Shown in pieces: positions 1 through 7,837 of a DNA stretch of 16,842 bases. The translations under genes were made by a program, and so were the position numbers. Where the stretch lies: assembly GCA_964534375.1 (NCBI GenBank), contig CAZHPN010000139.1, positions 1-16,842 of the forward strand, given 5' to 3'. How positions within the stretch are numbered: the stretch's first letter is position 1; each line of letters begins with the position of its first letter. Source of the stretch: an uncultured bacterium. Its GTDB lineage: Bacteria > Lernaellota > Lernaellaia > Lernaellales > Lernaellaceae. Below the pieces are notes generated by a model. It made no database searches, was not told the origin of the DNA, and saw only the letters and a list, made by a program, of their open reading frames with translations.

Positions 1-72
1 CAGCCTGGAATCCCTGCTCTGCGGCCTCCGCCCCGGCCGTCTTCCGAAATGGCTGCGGCGTGCGACAAAGCC

Positions 73-101
73 TTGCGCGGCGGCCGTTTACCCCGTAAAA
101 T
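73..101 (+). promoter_or_regulatory. Putative sigma70 promoter for the 190..3108 genes
   Basis: TTGCGC (73-78), 17-bp spacer, TAAAAT (96-101), about 90 bp upstream of the ATG at 190. Confidence 0.6.
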
Positions 102-189
102 GCGCTGTCGCGCCTAGAATGGCGCGCGGTGAATCGGTCAGGCGTGTTGGCGGCCGGAAACCGGCTGCGGCAGTGCGGGGGCAATCGAC

Positions 190-2505
190 ATGACGAAGCG
201 CATTTTGGTGGTGGACGACGACCGCAACATCGGTCAAATCCTTCATGCGTCGTTCAGTTCAAAGGGCTACGAGACGTTGGTGTCGCGCAACGGCGAGGAC
301 GCGATCGCCAAGTTCCGCGAGTTGCAGCCGAATCTCGTGTTGCTCGACGTGCTGCTGCCGAAAATGAATGGCTGGGAAGTTTGCCGCAAGCTCAAAGGCA
401 CCGATTTGGGCGCGAAAACACCGATTATCCTGATGAGCGCCGTCTACAAAAACTACAAGATGCAACAGGATGCGGTCACCAAGTACGGCGCCGACGATTT
501 CGTCGAAAAACCGTTCCAACTGTCGCGCCTCCTGGACAAAATCGAGTCGCTGATCGGCGCCGGATCGAGCGACGCGGTTCCCGTGCGGGAACCGGCGCCC
601 GAAACCGAATCGGGCGCGCCAGCGGCCGAGGCTGAGGCGGCCGCGCCGGCTGCGCCGCCGCCGGACGTGAGCCGCGAGCCGATCATGATGGAAGGCGACC
701 TGACGACGATCGGCATCGCCGAGTTGCTGCACGACATCTATGTAATGGGCAAGAGCGGCTACCTGCTGATCAGCCACGACGACATCGAAAAAGAAATTGC
801 CATCAAAGACGGTTACCCGGTCAGCATCCGCACGACGCTCGAAGAGGAATACTTCGGCAACTTCCTGGTCCGCAAGCGCATCATCACGCCCGAGCAGCGG
901 GACGAATCCGTCGAACGGATGAAAGAATCCGTGCGCCTGCAGGGCACCGTGTTGATCGAAATGGGCGCCATCACGCCGCATGAACTGGTCAAATATCTCA
1001 AGATGCAAATGCGCGAAAAGCTCTTCGAGATTTTCAGTTGGCGCGACGGCAATTACAAATTCAACGAAAACGACGACATCACCGGCGACGTCACCACCCT
1101 CGAGATGAGCACCGCCAACGTGATCAACGAGGGCGTGCGCCAGCATTTCGATCTCGACCGCCTGCTGCCGATCATCGACGAATGGCGCGCGAAATTCGTG
1201 CGGCCCGGCTCGAATCTGCACTACCGTTTCCAGGACATCGATTTCACGCCGCGCGAGCAGGCTATCGACCAGTACGTCGACGGCGTGCACACCGTCGGCG
1301 AGGCGCTCGGCGAACTCGACCTGGATCGCGTGCGGGCGCAGCAGATCATGTACACCCTCGTGGTCTGCGAAATGGTGGAATTGCACGACAAACCGCTCGA
1401 TCGCGCCGAGACGCTGATCGCCCGCCAGCCGGACGTCGACGTGGACGCCGAATTCGAGGCCTCCGAACCGCCGGCGCCGCCGGAACCGCCCGAGCCGCCG
1501 CCGCCCAAAGCCGAGGAAGCCGACGAAGCCGTCGCGCCGCTGCGCCCCGCCGCGCCGCCCGCGCCGAAACCCGCCGCGCCGCCCCCGCCGAAACCCGCGG
1601 CGGCGCCGCCGCCCAAAGCCGAGAAGAAAGCGCCGCCAAAGCGTGCGGACGAGGAAGCCCCCGCGGCCGACGCCGATCCGCTCGCCGCGGACGCCGACGA
1701 GGCGGAACAACGCGCCCGCGTGCTGCGCGTATACAATCGCGTCTCGGACGGCGACTACTTTCAGATCCTCGGCGTCACCGACAACCCGACGGAAGGCGAG
1801 GTCCGCATCGCCTACCACAAGATCGCCAAGGAATTTCACCCCGACCGGTTCTTCGGCAAGGCCAGCGAAGAAGTCCGCTCGCAGGTCGAGGAAATCTTCC
1901 GCCGCATCACGGAAGCCTACGAAACCCTCAACACGCAGGAAAAAATCGCCGCCTACATCAAGAAACTCGACGCCGAAGCCGAGGTCGCGCCGAAGACCGA
2001 CACGCGCGTCGAGGGCGTCAAGAAGATCATCATGGCCGAGCAGTTCTTCCAGAACGGCAAACAATACCTCAAGGACAAACGCTTCTCGCGGGCCGGCGCC
2101 GAGTTCCGCAAGGCCATCGAGATCAGCAGCAACGAAGCCGAATACCTGGCCTATTACGGCTGGGCGCTGTACAACGTCCCCAAGGAACGCGACCTCACGG
2201 CCGACGACAAGAAACTCTTCTCCGACCAATCGGAAAGCGACCTGCAATTCAACGGTCGCGAGTCGCTCAATCGCGCGATCCAAATCAACCCGCGGTCGGA
2301 GCGCGCGTATCTGTTCCTGGGTTCGGTTTACAAATCGCAAGGACTGAAGGAATTCGCCGAAAAGCAGTTCGAAAAGGCGTTGATTTGCAATCCGAATTGC
2401 ATCGAGGCCTTGCGAGAATTGCGGCTGATCAAGCTGCAGGACCAAAAAGTCACGCAAAAGAAAACGTTCCTGGACAAGATTCGGCCGATTTTCAAGCGGA
2501 AATAG
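190..2505 (+). CDS. Response regulator receiver / DUF4388-like / DnaJ J-domain / TPR multidomain protein
   Basis: Receiver: ILVVDDD, LVLLD53, MSA, FVEKPF. DUF4388-like region: EGDL...ELLHDI...G.L...FSWRDGNYKF...EG. Pro/Ala linker. J-domain: DYFQILGV...AYHKIAKEFHPDRF...AYETL. C-terminal TPRs: RAIQINPRSERAYLFLGSVY, KALICNPN. Confidence 0.9.
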   Translation: MTKRILVVDDDRNIGQILHASFSSKGYETLVSRNGEDAIAKFRELQPNLVLLDVLLPKMNGWEVCRKLKGTDLGAKTPIILMSAVYKNYKMQQDAVTKYGADDFVEKPFQLSRLLDKIESLIGAGSSDAVPVREPAPETESGAPAAEAEAAAPAAPPPDVSREPIMMEGDLTTIGIAELLHDIYVMGKSGYLLISHDDIEKEIAIKDGYPVSIRTTLEEEYFGNFLVRKRIITPEQRDESVERMKESVRLQGTVLIEMGAITPHELVKYLKMQMREKLFEIFSWRDGNYKFNENDDITGDVTTLEMSTANVINEGVRQHFDLDRLLPIIDEWRAKFVRPGSNLHYRFQDIDFTPREQAIDQYVDGVHTVGEALGELDLDRVRAQQIMYTLVVCEMVELHDKPLDRAETLIARQPDVDVDAEFEASEPPAPPEPPEPPPPKAEEADEAVAPLRPAAPPAPKPAAPPPPKPAAAPPPKAEKKAPPKRADEEAPAADADPLAADADEAEQRARVLRVYNRVSDGDYFQILGVTDNPTEGEVRIAYHKIAKEFHPDRFFGKASEEVRSQVEEIFRRITEAYETLNTQEKIAAYIKKLDAEAEVAPKTDTRVEGVKKIIMAEQFFQNGKQYLKDKRFSRAGAEFRKAIEISSNEAEYLAYYGWALYNVPKERDLTADDKKLFSDQSESDLQFNGRESLNRAIQINPRSERAYLFLGSVYKSQGLKEFAEKQFEKALICNPNCIEALRELRLIKLQDQKVTQKKTFLDKIRPIFKRK
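1546..1617 (+). repeat. Three in-frame 24-bp tandem repeats in the Pro-rich linker
   Basis: cccgccgcgccgcccgcgccgaaa / cccgccgcgccgcccccgccgaaa / cccgcggcggcgccgccgcccaaa, encoding PAAPPAPK-PAAPPPPK-PAAAPPPK. Confidence 0.85.
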
Positions 2506-2523
2506 GCCGGCAGGAAGCGCACG

Positions 2524-3108
2524 ATGGAAATCCTCAGAACCATCCTGGCGAAAATCGGGCAGTATCAGTTTTACGTATACTACGGCTGGATGACGGCGAT
2601 CAGCGTCATGCTGCTGTGGGCCATCGCCCGCCAGCGGCGTTCGGCCAAACTGATGAAGCTGATCACGGCGAACTTCGAGAACCTCCGCGCGCGGCTCGAC
2701 GATCTCGGCGTCCAGCTAAAACGGCAGACGCTCGAAACCGCCGCCGCCCTCGGCAAACAAATCAAAGACCTGCAGGCCGAGCGCCGGAAGGCCGACGACG
2801 ACACGCGGGCGATCGGCGAACGCGTCGACAAAATCGGCGAAGCATTGCGCGACCAACTCCAGGATCTGCAGCAGAGCGTGGCGGCGTACGCCGCGCACGG
2901 CGGGACGGACGGCGACACGTCGGCGATTGTCGCGCGGCTCGACGATCTCGCCGATGAAATGGCCTGGTCGCATAGTTATTACAATGATTTGAAGGTGCTG
3001 GAATCGGCCGTCACGCATCTGGTCGGTCCGGAAAAGTTGCGGCAGCTCATGGAGAAGGAGCGCGCCGGCGCCAGCCCGGTCAGCAAAGAAGATTTGCTGC
3101 GCAAATAG
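2524..3108 (+). CDS. Hypothetical membrane-anchored coiled-coil protein
   Basis: Starts 18 bp after the previous stop, AGGAAG upstream. Hydrophobic segment FYVYYGWMTAISVMLLWAIA followed by basic RQRR, then heptad-like helical sequence. Confidence 0.75.
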   Translation: MEILRTILAKIGQYQFYVYYGWMTAISVMLLWAIARQRRSAKLMKLITANFENLRARLDDLGVQLKRQTLETAAALGKQIKDLQAERRKADDDTRAIGERVDKIGEALRDQLQDLQQSVAAYAAHGGTDGDTSAIVARLDDLADEMAWSHSYYNDLKVLESAVTHLVGPEKLRQLMEKERAGASPVSKEDLLRK

Positions 3109-3117
3109 CCGCGGCGA

Positions 3118-3765
3118 TCAGCGCCCGAGCAGCTTCATTACGCCATCGAAGATCAGTTCGCTCGATTCGCCCGGGAAGCTGTGCAGTTCGCCCTTCCGTT
3201 GATAATAAGCGATTAGCGGCGCCGTGTTTTGCTCGTAAACCTTCAGGCGATTGCGAACGACCGGCTCGGTTTCGTCTTCGCGGACGATCAATTTGCCGCC
3301 GCATTTGTCGCAGATGCCCTCGACCTTCGGCGGCATGTATTTGACGTTGTAAATCGCCTGGCACGTCGGGTTCGAGCAGGTGCGCCGCGAGAGGATGCGG
3401 TCGAGAATGACCTGCTCCGGCACGTCGATGTTGATCACGCCGGTCAATTTGATCTTCAATTCGTCGAGAATTTTGGTCAACCCGTCGGCCTGCGGCACGG
3501 TGCGCGGAAAGCCGTCGAGGATGAAGCCGGCCTTGGCGTCGGGCTCCTTCAGCCGTTCCTTCATGATGCCGAGAATCAACTCGTCGGGCACGAGCCGGCC
3601 GGAATCCATAAATTCCTTGGCCTTTTTGCCGAGATCGCTGCCCGCGGCGACCGCGCCGCGCAGGATGTCGCCGGTGCTGATGTGCGCCGCCTGGACGGCG
3701 GAGAGCAGTTTCTTCGCGACGGTGCCTTTGCCGGCGCCGGGCGCGCCCAAAAGAATCAGATACAT
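3118..3765 (-). CDS. adk: Adenylate kinase (long, zinc-binding LID)
   Basis: P-loop GAPGAGKGT, HISTGDILR, G.LVPDE, FILDGFPRT..QA, 4-Cys LID. Start moved to ATG 3765 (MYLILLG), which has a GGAGG RBS at 3775-3771; 215 aa. Confidence 0.97.
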   Translation of the reverse strand: MYLILLGAPGAGKGTVAKKLLSAVQAAHISTGDILRGAVAAGSDLGKKAKEFMDSGRLVPDELILGIMKERLKEPDAKAGFILDGFPRTVPQADGLTKILDELKIKLTGVINIDVPEQVILDRILSRRTCSNPTCQAIYNVKYMPPKVEGICDKCGGKLIVREDETEPVVRNRLKVYEQNTAPLIAYYQRKGELHSFPGESSELIFDGVMKLLGR

Positions 3766-3811
3766 AAAAACCTCCAGCGAAGGGTGTTGGTTCGGGACGC
3801 AACGCGGAGCA

Positions 3812-3840
3812 AACTTAAGGCAAATCCCGGCGGTGCGCAA
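3812..3840 (-). promoter_or_regulatory. Putative sigma70 promoter of adk
   Basis: Minus strand TTGCGC (3840-3835), 17 bp, TAAGTT (3817-3812), about 47 bp upstream of the adk ATG. Confidence 0.5.
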
Positions 3841-3915
3841 TCGGCGCCCGCCCGCGATCGTTTGACCCCGGTTTTTGGGCGTCCGCCGGCCGACTTGGCG
3901 GCAAAAATGGAGCAA

Positions 3916-3958
3916 CCGTCATCTTTTTCTTGACGGCGAACCGCAAGTAGCGTATTTG
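3916..3958 (+). promoter_or_regulatory. Candidate promoter/operator of the lipoprotein hydrolase operon
   Basis: TTGACG (3930-3935), 17 bp, weak -10 TATTTG (3953-3958). The inverted repeat CCGTCA-N9-TGACGG (3916-3936) overlaps the -35. Confidence 0.3.
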
Positions 3959-4017
3959 TCAAATCACCATCGTCTTTGACACCGAAATTCCGGCAACGTC
4001 CCGGCGGGGAGCGCTCC

Positions 4018-5220
4018 ATGCATTGTCGATTCGTGTCGCTGATGATTGTCGTGATTGCCGTTATCGCCCTTGGGTTCGCGGGCTGCGCGGCGAAACGCGC
4101 GGTTTCGCCCGAAAGCCTGCAGCACGTTATCGATGCGGATTGGACGACCTACCAACGCGCCCACGGCGTTCCCGGCGGCGGCCTCGCGGTTTACCTCATG
4201 ACGCCCAAAGGAAATTTTTACGCCGCCTCGGGCATGGCCGCCGGCATCGACCAAAACACGCATTTTCGCATCGCGAGCAACACCAAGACCTTCACCTCGG
4301 CGGCGATCCTGCTGCTGGCTCAGCAAGGGAAATTGGACATCGACGACACGATCGTCGCCGCGATTCCCGGCCAGACCACCCCCTATGTCCCAGATACGGA
4401 CCCATACAACATCCCGTACAAAGCAACTATTACGATTCGCGAGTTGCTGTCCCACACCGCCGGCGTATTCGACAATGACAACGACATCATCCCCGCGACG
4501 TGTCCGGTCCCGTACGCGGGCAAGAATTATCCGCTGTGGGTCATGGCCGGCGATCCGACGCATCAATTTTCGACCGACGAGGTGGCGGGCGTCAACGCCA
4601 CGTGCCAACTCAGCTATTTCGCACCGGGCGCCGATTTTCACTATTCCGACACCGGCTACTCCATTCTCGCCGAAATCATCGAGCGCGTTTCGGGAATGGC
4701 CTATGACCAATTCCTGGTGCAGAACTTGATGTCGCCCAACGGGCTCGCATCCACGTCCGTCGTCATGCTCGGGACGGACCAGACCCTCCCGCCGCCGTTC
4801 AATCCCGGGTACGTTTATCAGCAGGGCGTCATGACAGATGCGACCAAGGACAACATGTCGCTGCACATCGGCGAGGGAAACATCACGTCGACGCCGGCCG
4901 ACCTGGCGCGCTGGATCAGGCGCCTCGTCCGCGGCGAGGCGGGGCTGAATTCCGCGACCGCGAACGAGATGACGACGCCGAGCGCGCAAAGCCAGAAGGA
5001 CGGCGGCCACTACGGCCTGGGAATTTCGACCGTCGCCGGCCTCGGATTCGGCCACAGCGGCGCGAACCAGGGGTATTTGTCGTTAATGGTGTACGACCCA
5101 GCCGCCGACGTGGCCGTGATCGCTTATTTCAACGTCTGGGACGTCGCCAACCTGATGAACGCCCAATCCCAACTGTTGATGCAGGCCGCCCGCGACGCCC
5201 GAGCGGCCGTCGGATATTAG
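4018..5220 (+). CDS. Serine hydrolase, beta-lactamase/peptidase S12 fold, lipoprotein (paralog 1)
   Basis: FRIASNTKTF (SxxK), ITIRELLSHTAG, F.PG..F.YSDTG, GHSG. Signal peptide with lipobox FAGC from ATG 4018 (GGGGAG upstream). Confidence 0.9.
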   Translation: MHCRFVSLMIVVIAVIALGFAGCAAKRAVSPESLQHVIDADWTTYQRAHGVPGGGLAVYLMTPKGNFYAASGMAAGIDQNTHFRIASNTKTFTSAAILLLAQQGKLDIDDTIVAAIPGQTTPYVPDTDPYNIPYKATITIRELLSHTAGVFDNDNDIIPATCPVPYAGKNYPLWVMAGDPTHQFSTDEVAGVNATCQLSYFAPGADFHYSDTGYSILAEIIERVSGMAYDQFLVQNLMSPNGLASTSVVMLGTDQTLPPPFNPGYVYQQGVMTDATKDNMSLHIGEGNITSTPADLARWIRRLVRGEAGLNSATANEMTTPSAQSQKDGGHYGLGISTVAGLGFGHSGANQGYLSLMVYDPAADVAVIAYFNVWDVANLMNAQSQLLMQAARDARAAVGY

Positions 5221-5241
5221 GGAGCCGAAAAGGAGCCATTC

Positions 5242-6453
5242 ATGGTGCGCTGTTTTGCTGTGCGCTCGACCGTTCTCGCTATCGCCTTCGCCGCTTTTTG
5301 CCTCGCGGGCTGCACCGCCAAAAAAGCCTCGCACGCCGCCGGCCCTACGGCATTGCAGCGGGTCGTTGACGCGGATTGGGTCGCCTTCAAAAGCGCGAAC
5401 GGCCTGCCCGGCGGCGGTGTCGCGGTGTATCTCGAAACTCCCAAGGGCAATTTTTACGCCTCCGCCGACATGGCCGCGGGAACCGATCAAAACACCCATT
5501 TTCGCATCGCCAGCAACACCAAAACGTTCACCGCCGCCGCAATCATGCTGCTGAATCAACAGGGCAAGCTCAATATTGACGATTTGATCGTCGCGACGAT
5601 CCCCGGCCAAAATGCTCCCTATGCGCCCGACACGGCGTCGTACAATATTCCCAACAAGGCGAGCATCACCATTCGCCAGCTTTTGTCGCACACCGCCGGC
5701 GTGTTCGACGTCACCAATTCGGCGGTTCCGGCCGGCTGCGCCGCGGCGCCCGCGGGGCAGAACTACGTGTCGTATGTGCTGGCCCAGGACCCAAACCATC
5801 AATTCACGTTCGACGAACTGGTCGGCGTCGACGCCGAGTGCCAGCTTAGCGACTTCGCCCCGGGGGCCGACTACGCTTACACCAACACGGGCTTTTCGAT
5901 TCTGGGCGAAATCGTCGAGCGCGTTTCGGGCCAGGCGTACGACCAGTTCGTAACCGAGAACCTGCTCTCGCCGAATGGGCTGGCGGCGACTTCCATCCCC
6001 ATGCTCGCGACGGACCAGACACTCCCGCCGCCGTTCAGTCCCGGGTACGTTTTCAACAACGGCGTCCTGATGGATTTGACCGCGGCGAACATGTCGGCGC
6101 CGATCGCGACGGGCAACCTGATCTCGACGCCGGCCGATCTGGCGCGGTGGGTGACCCGCCTCATCGAGGGAAAGGCCGGCCCGGACGCCGCGTCCGTGGG
6201 CGAGATGATGACGACCACGCCGCAAAGCCACGCGGCGGGCAGCGACTACGGCCTCGGGCTCTTCCCGCTGCCCGGCCTCGGCTACGGCCACAACGGCGCG
6301 TTTGTCGGGTATTTGTCGCTGATGATGTACGACCCGACGGTCGACGTCGCGCTCATTGTCTACTTCGACGTATGGGACGATCCTGGCATGTCCGACGAAT
6401 ACAATCTGTTGAACCAACTCGCCTCCGACGCGCGCGCGGCCGTGGGATATTAA
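5242..6453 (+). CDS. Serine hydrolase, beta-lactamase/peptidase S12 fold, lipoprotein (paralog 2)
   Basis: FRIASNTKTF, ITIRQLLSHTAG, YTNTG (YxN), GHNG; lipobox LAGC; AAGGAG RBS; colinear with paralog 1. Confidence 0.92.
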   Translation: MVRCFAVRSTVLAIAFAAFCLAGCTAKKASHAAGPTALQRVVDADWVAFKSANGLPGGGVAVYLETPKGNFYASADMAAGTDQNTHFRIASNTKTFTAAAIMLLNQQGKLNIDDLIVATIPGQNAPYAPDTASYNIPNKASITIRQLLSHTAGVFDVTNSAVPAGCAAAPAGQNYVSYVLAQDPNHQFTFDELVGVDAECQLSDFAPGADYAYTNTGFSILGEIVERVSGQAYDQFVTENLLSPNGLAATSIPMLATDQTLPPPFSPGYVFNNGVLMDLTAANMSAPIATGNLISTPADLARWVTRLIEGKAGPDAASVGEMMTTTPQSHAAGSDYGLGLFPLPGLGYGHNGAFVGYLSLMMYDPTVDVALIVYFDVWDDPGMSDEYNLLNQLASDARAAVGY

Positions 6454-6467
6454 CAAAGGAGCCCGGC

Positions 6468-7691
6468 ATGAAACTTATTCGTTGCTTTGTTCCGCTTTGC
6501 GTTGTGCTTCTCCTGGTCTTGGGTTGCTCGTCGCACGCTTCCCATAACGGGGCCGCCGCGAACGGATTGACGAAAACCGCCACGTTCGAGGGCGGCGTCT
6601 TGTACACAACGTCGGGCGGCGGCGGCTCCGGCAAATTCTACGTGGCCTCGCTCGCCGGAAGCTGGGAGGAAATGGGGCGGCAATACGGCGGGCTGTTGGC
6701 CGGCCAGATGGCCGATTTTTACAACGTCGCGGTCAATGGATATTTCATCGGCAAGCAGGGCGCGACCTATGATCAGGTCCTCGCCGGGGCCCAGGCGATG
6801 TACGCCATGTATACGCCCGAGCTCGCGCAACTGATCGACGGCACGGCCGAGACTTCGGGGTTGGGCGCCGACAAGCAGAAAATCATGGCCGCGCTGATGG
6901 GCATGATTTTCGGCTGTTCGAGCATGGACGCGTGGGGCGCGTACAGCGCCGACGGCAGCATGGTTACGGGCCGCAACTGGGACACCGGCAGCGGCAAATT
7001 CGACGGCTTCGGCGGTTATCTCGCGGCCATCGTTTACAAGCCGAACACCGCGGGCGCGATTCCGTTCGTCGACGTCAACTACGTCGGCTCGCTGGGCATG
7101 CAAAACGGGATGAACGCCGCCGGCGTGTTCCTCGATCTGCAAGACGGCACGATGTCCGACCCGGGCGTCTTCAACCAGCGCGAGCCCGCTTGTTTCCGCC
7201 TGGTCGATTTTCTCCAGCAATGCAGTTCGCTCGCCGCGATGGACGGGCCGTTCTCGACGACCCGCCCCAACCTCGGGCTCATCATCAACGGTTCGTCGGC
7301 GAACGACGCGCGCGTTTATGAGTGGTCGGCGTCCTACGACACCAAGATTCGGCTCGGCGACGGCCTGCTCGCGGCGTCCAACCACTACATCGACCCGTCG
7401 TGGCAGAACCTGCCGCCGATCGGGGACGGCGCGCCATACGGTTACACCAAAGAGCGCCTGGCGAATCTGCTGGCGATGGCCGAAAAGTACAAGGGCAAGA
7501 TCGATCCGACCGTCATGATGCAGATTTTCGACACGGCAATTCCCAACGGCGGCCCGTCGTTCCTCAACATGCCCGACTTCGAAACCTACTACCACATCGT
7601 CGCCGCGCCGGCGCAACTCACGCTGTGGCTCAAGGCGCCCGGGTGGTCGGGCTGGGAGAAAATGGATTTGCGGTCGCTGCTTACCCATTAA
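6468..7691 (+). CDS. Peptidase C45 family Ntn-hydrolase (acyl-CoA:6-APA acyltransferase-like), lipoprotein
   Basis: Likely start ATG 6468 after AAGGAG; lipobox VLGC. Motifs L.GSWEEMGRQYG, autoprocessing G|CSS (Cys150, 6915-6917), GRNWD, GMNAAG, ASNHY. Confidence 0.85.
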   Translation: MKLIRCFVPLCVVLLLVLGCSSHASHNGAAANGLTKTATFEGGVLYTTSGGGGSGKFYVASLAGSWEEMGRQYGGLLAGQMADFYNVAVNGYFIGKQGATYDQVLAGAQAMYAMYTPELAQLIDGTAETSGLGADKQKIMAALMGMIFGCSSMDAWGAYSADGSMVTGRNWDTGSGKFDGFGGYLAAIVYKPNTAGAIPFVDVNYVGSLGMQNGMNAAGVFLDLQDGTMSDPGVFNQREPACFRLVDFLQQCSSLAAMDGPFSTTRPNLGLIINGSSANDARVYEWSASYDTKIRLGDGLLAASNHYIDPSWQNLPPIGDGAPYGYTKERLANLLAMAEKYKGKIDPTVMMQIFDTAIPNGGPSFLNMPDFETYYHIVAAPAQLTLWLKAPGWSGWEKMDLRSLLTH

Positions 7692-7738
7692 GCGGCGCTG
7701 CCGCCCGTTGTCAGGCGTTCAAGACGCCGCTATCGGTG

Positions 7739-7768
7739 TTGCCACGCGCGAGTTTTTCGTTGTATTGT
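7739..7768 (+). promoter_or_regulatory. Putative promoter of dedA and the GT gene
   Basis: TTGCCA (7739-7744), 18 bp, TATTGT (7763-7768) in the 146-bp intergenic gap, preceded by short GC hairpins at 7692-7731. Confidence 0.4.
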
Positions 7769-7837
7769 CCGCCGTTCCGACGCGCCGCCCAATTCACGTG
7801 CCTGTGGGGCGGTCATCGCGAAGCGGCAGGAGGGTTT

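Noticed and set aside
259..2457. 732-aa antisense ORF and the 639-aa alternative-frame ORF 1038..2957
   Set aside because: Shadow ORFs of a GC-rich gene; no motifs, and the real frame has clear domains.
3766..3915. 50-aa N-terminal extension of Adk in the ORF track
   Set aside because: The family N-terminus, GGAGG RBS and candidate promoter all support ATG 3765.
4018..6453. Calling these ampC resistance genes
   Set aside because: They have HxG rather than KTG and the LLxHTAG motif of the broad S12 family; beta-lactamase activity cannot be asserted.
6147..6467. N-terminal extension of the C45 ORF (likewise 7322..7837 for DedA and 3976..4017 for hydrolase 1)
   Set aside because: These overlap upstream genes or precede the RBS; the downstream starts have an RBS plus a signal peptide or family N-terminus.
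7692..7731. Alternative short hairpins after the C45 gene as a terminator or riboswitch
   Set aside because: Stems are only 5-7 bp, with no adjacent U-tract and no recognisable aptamer.
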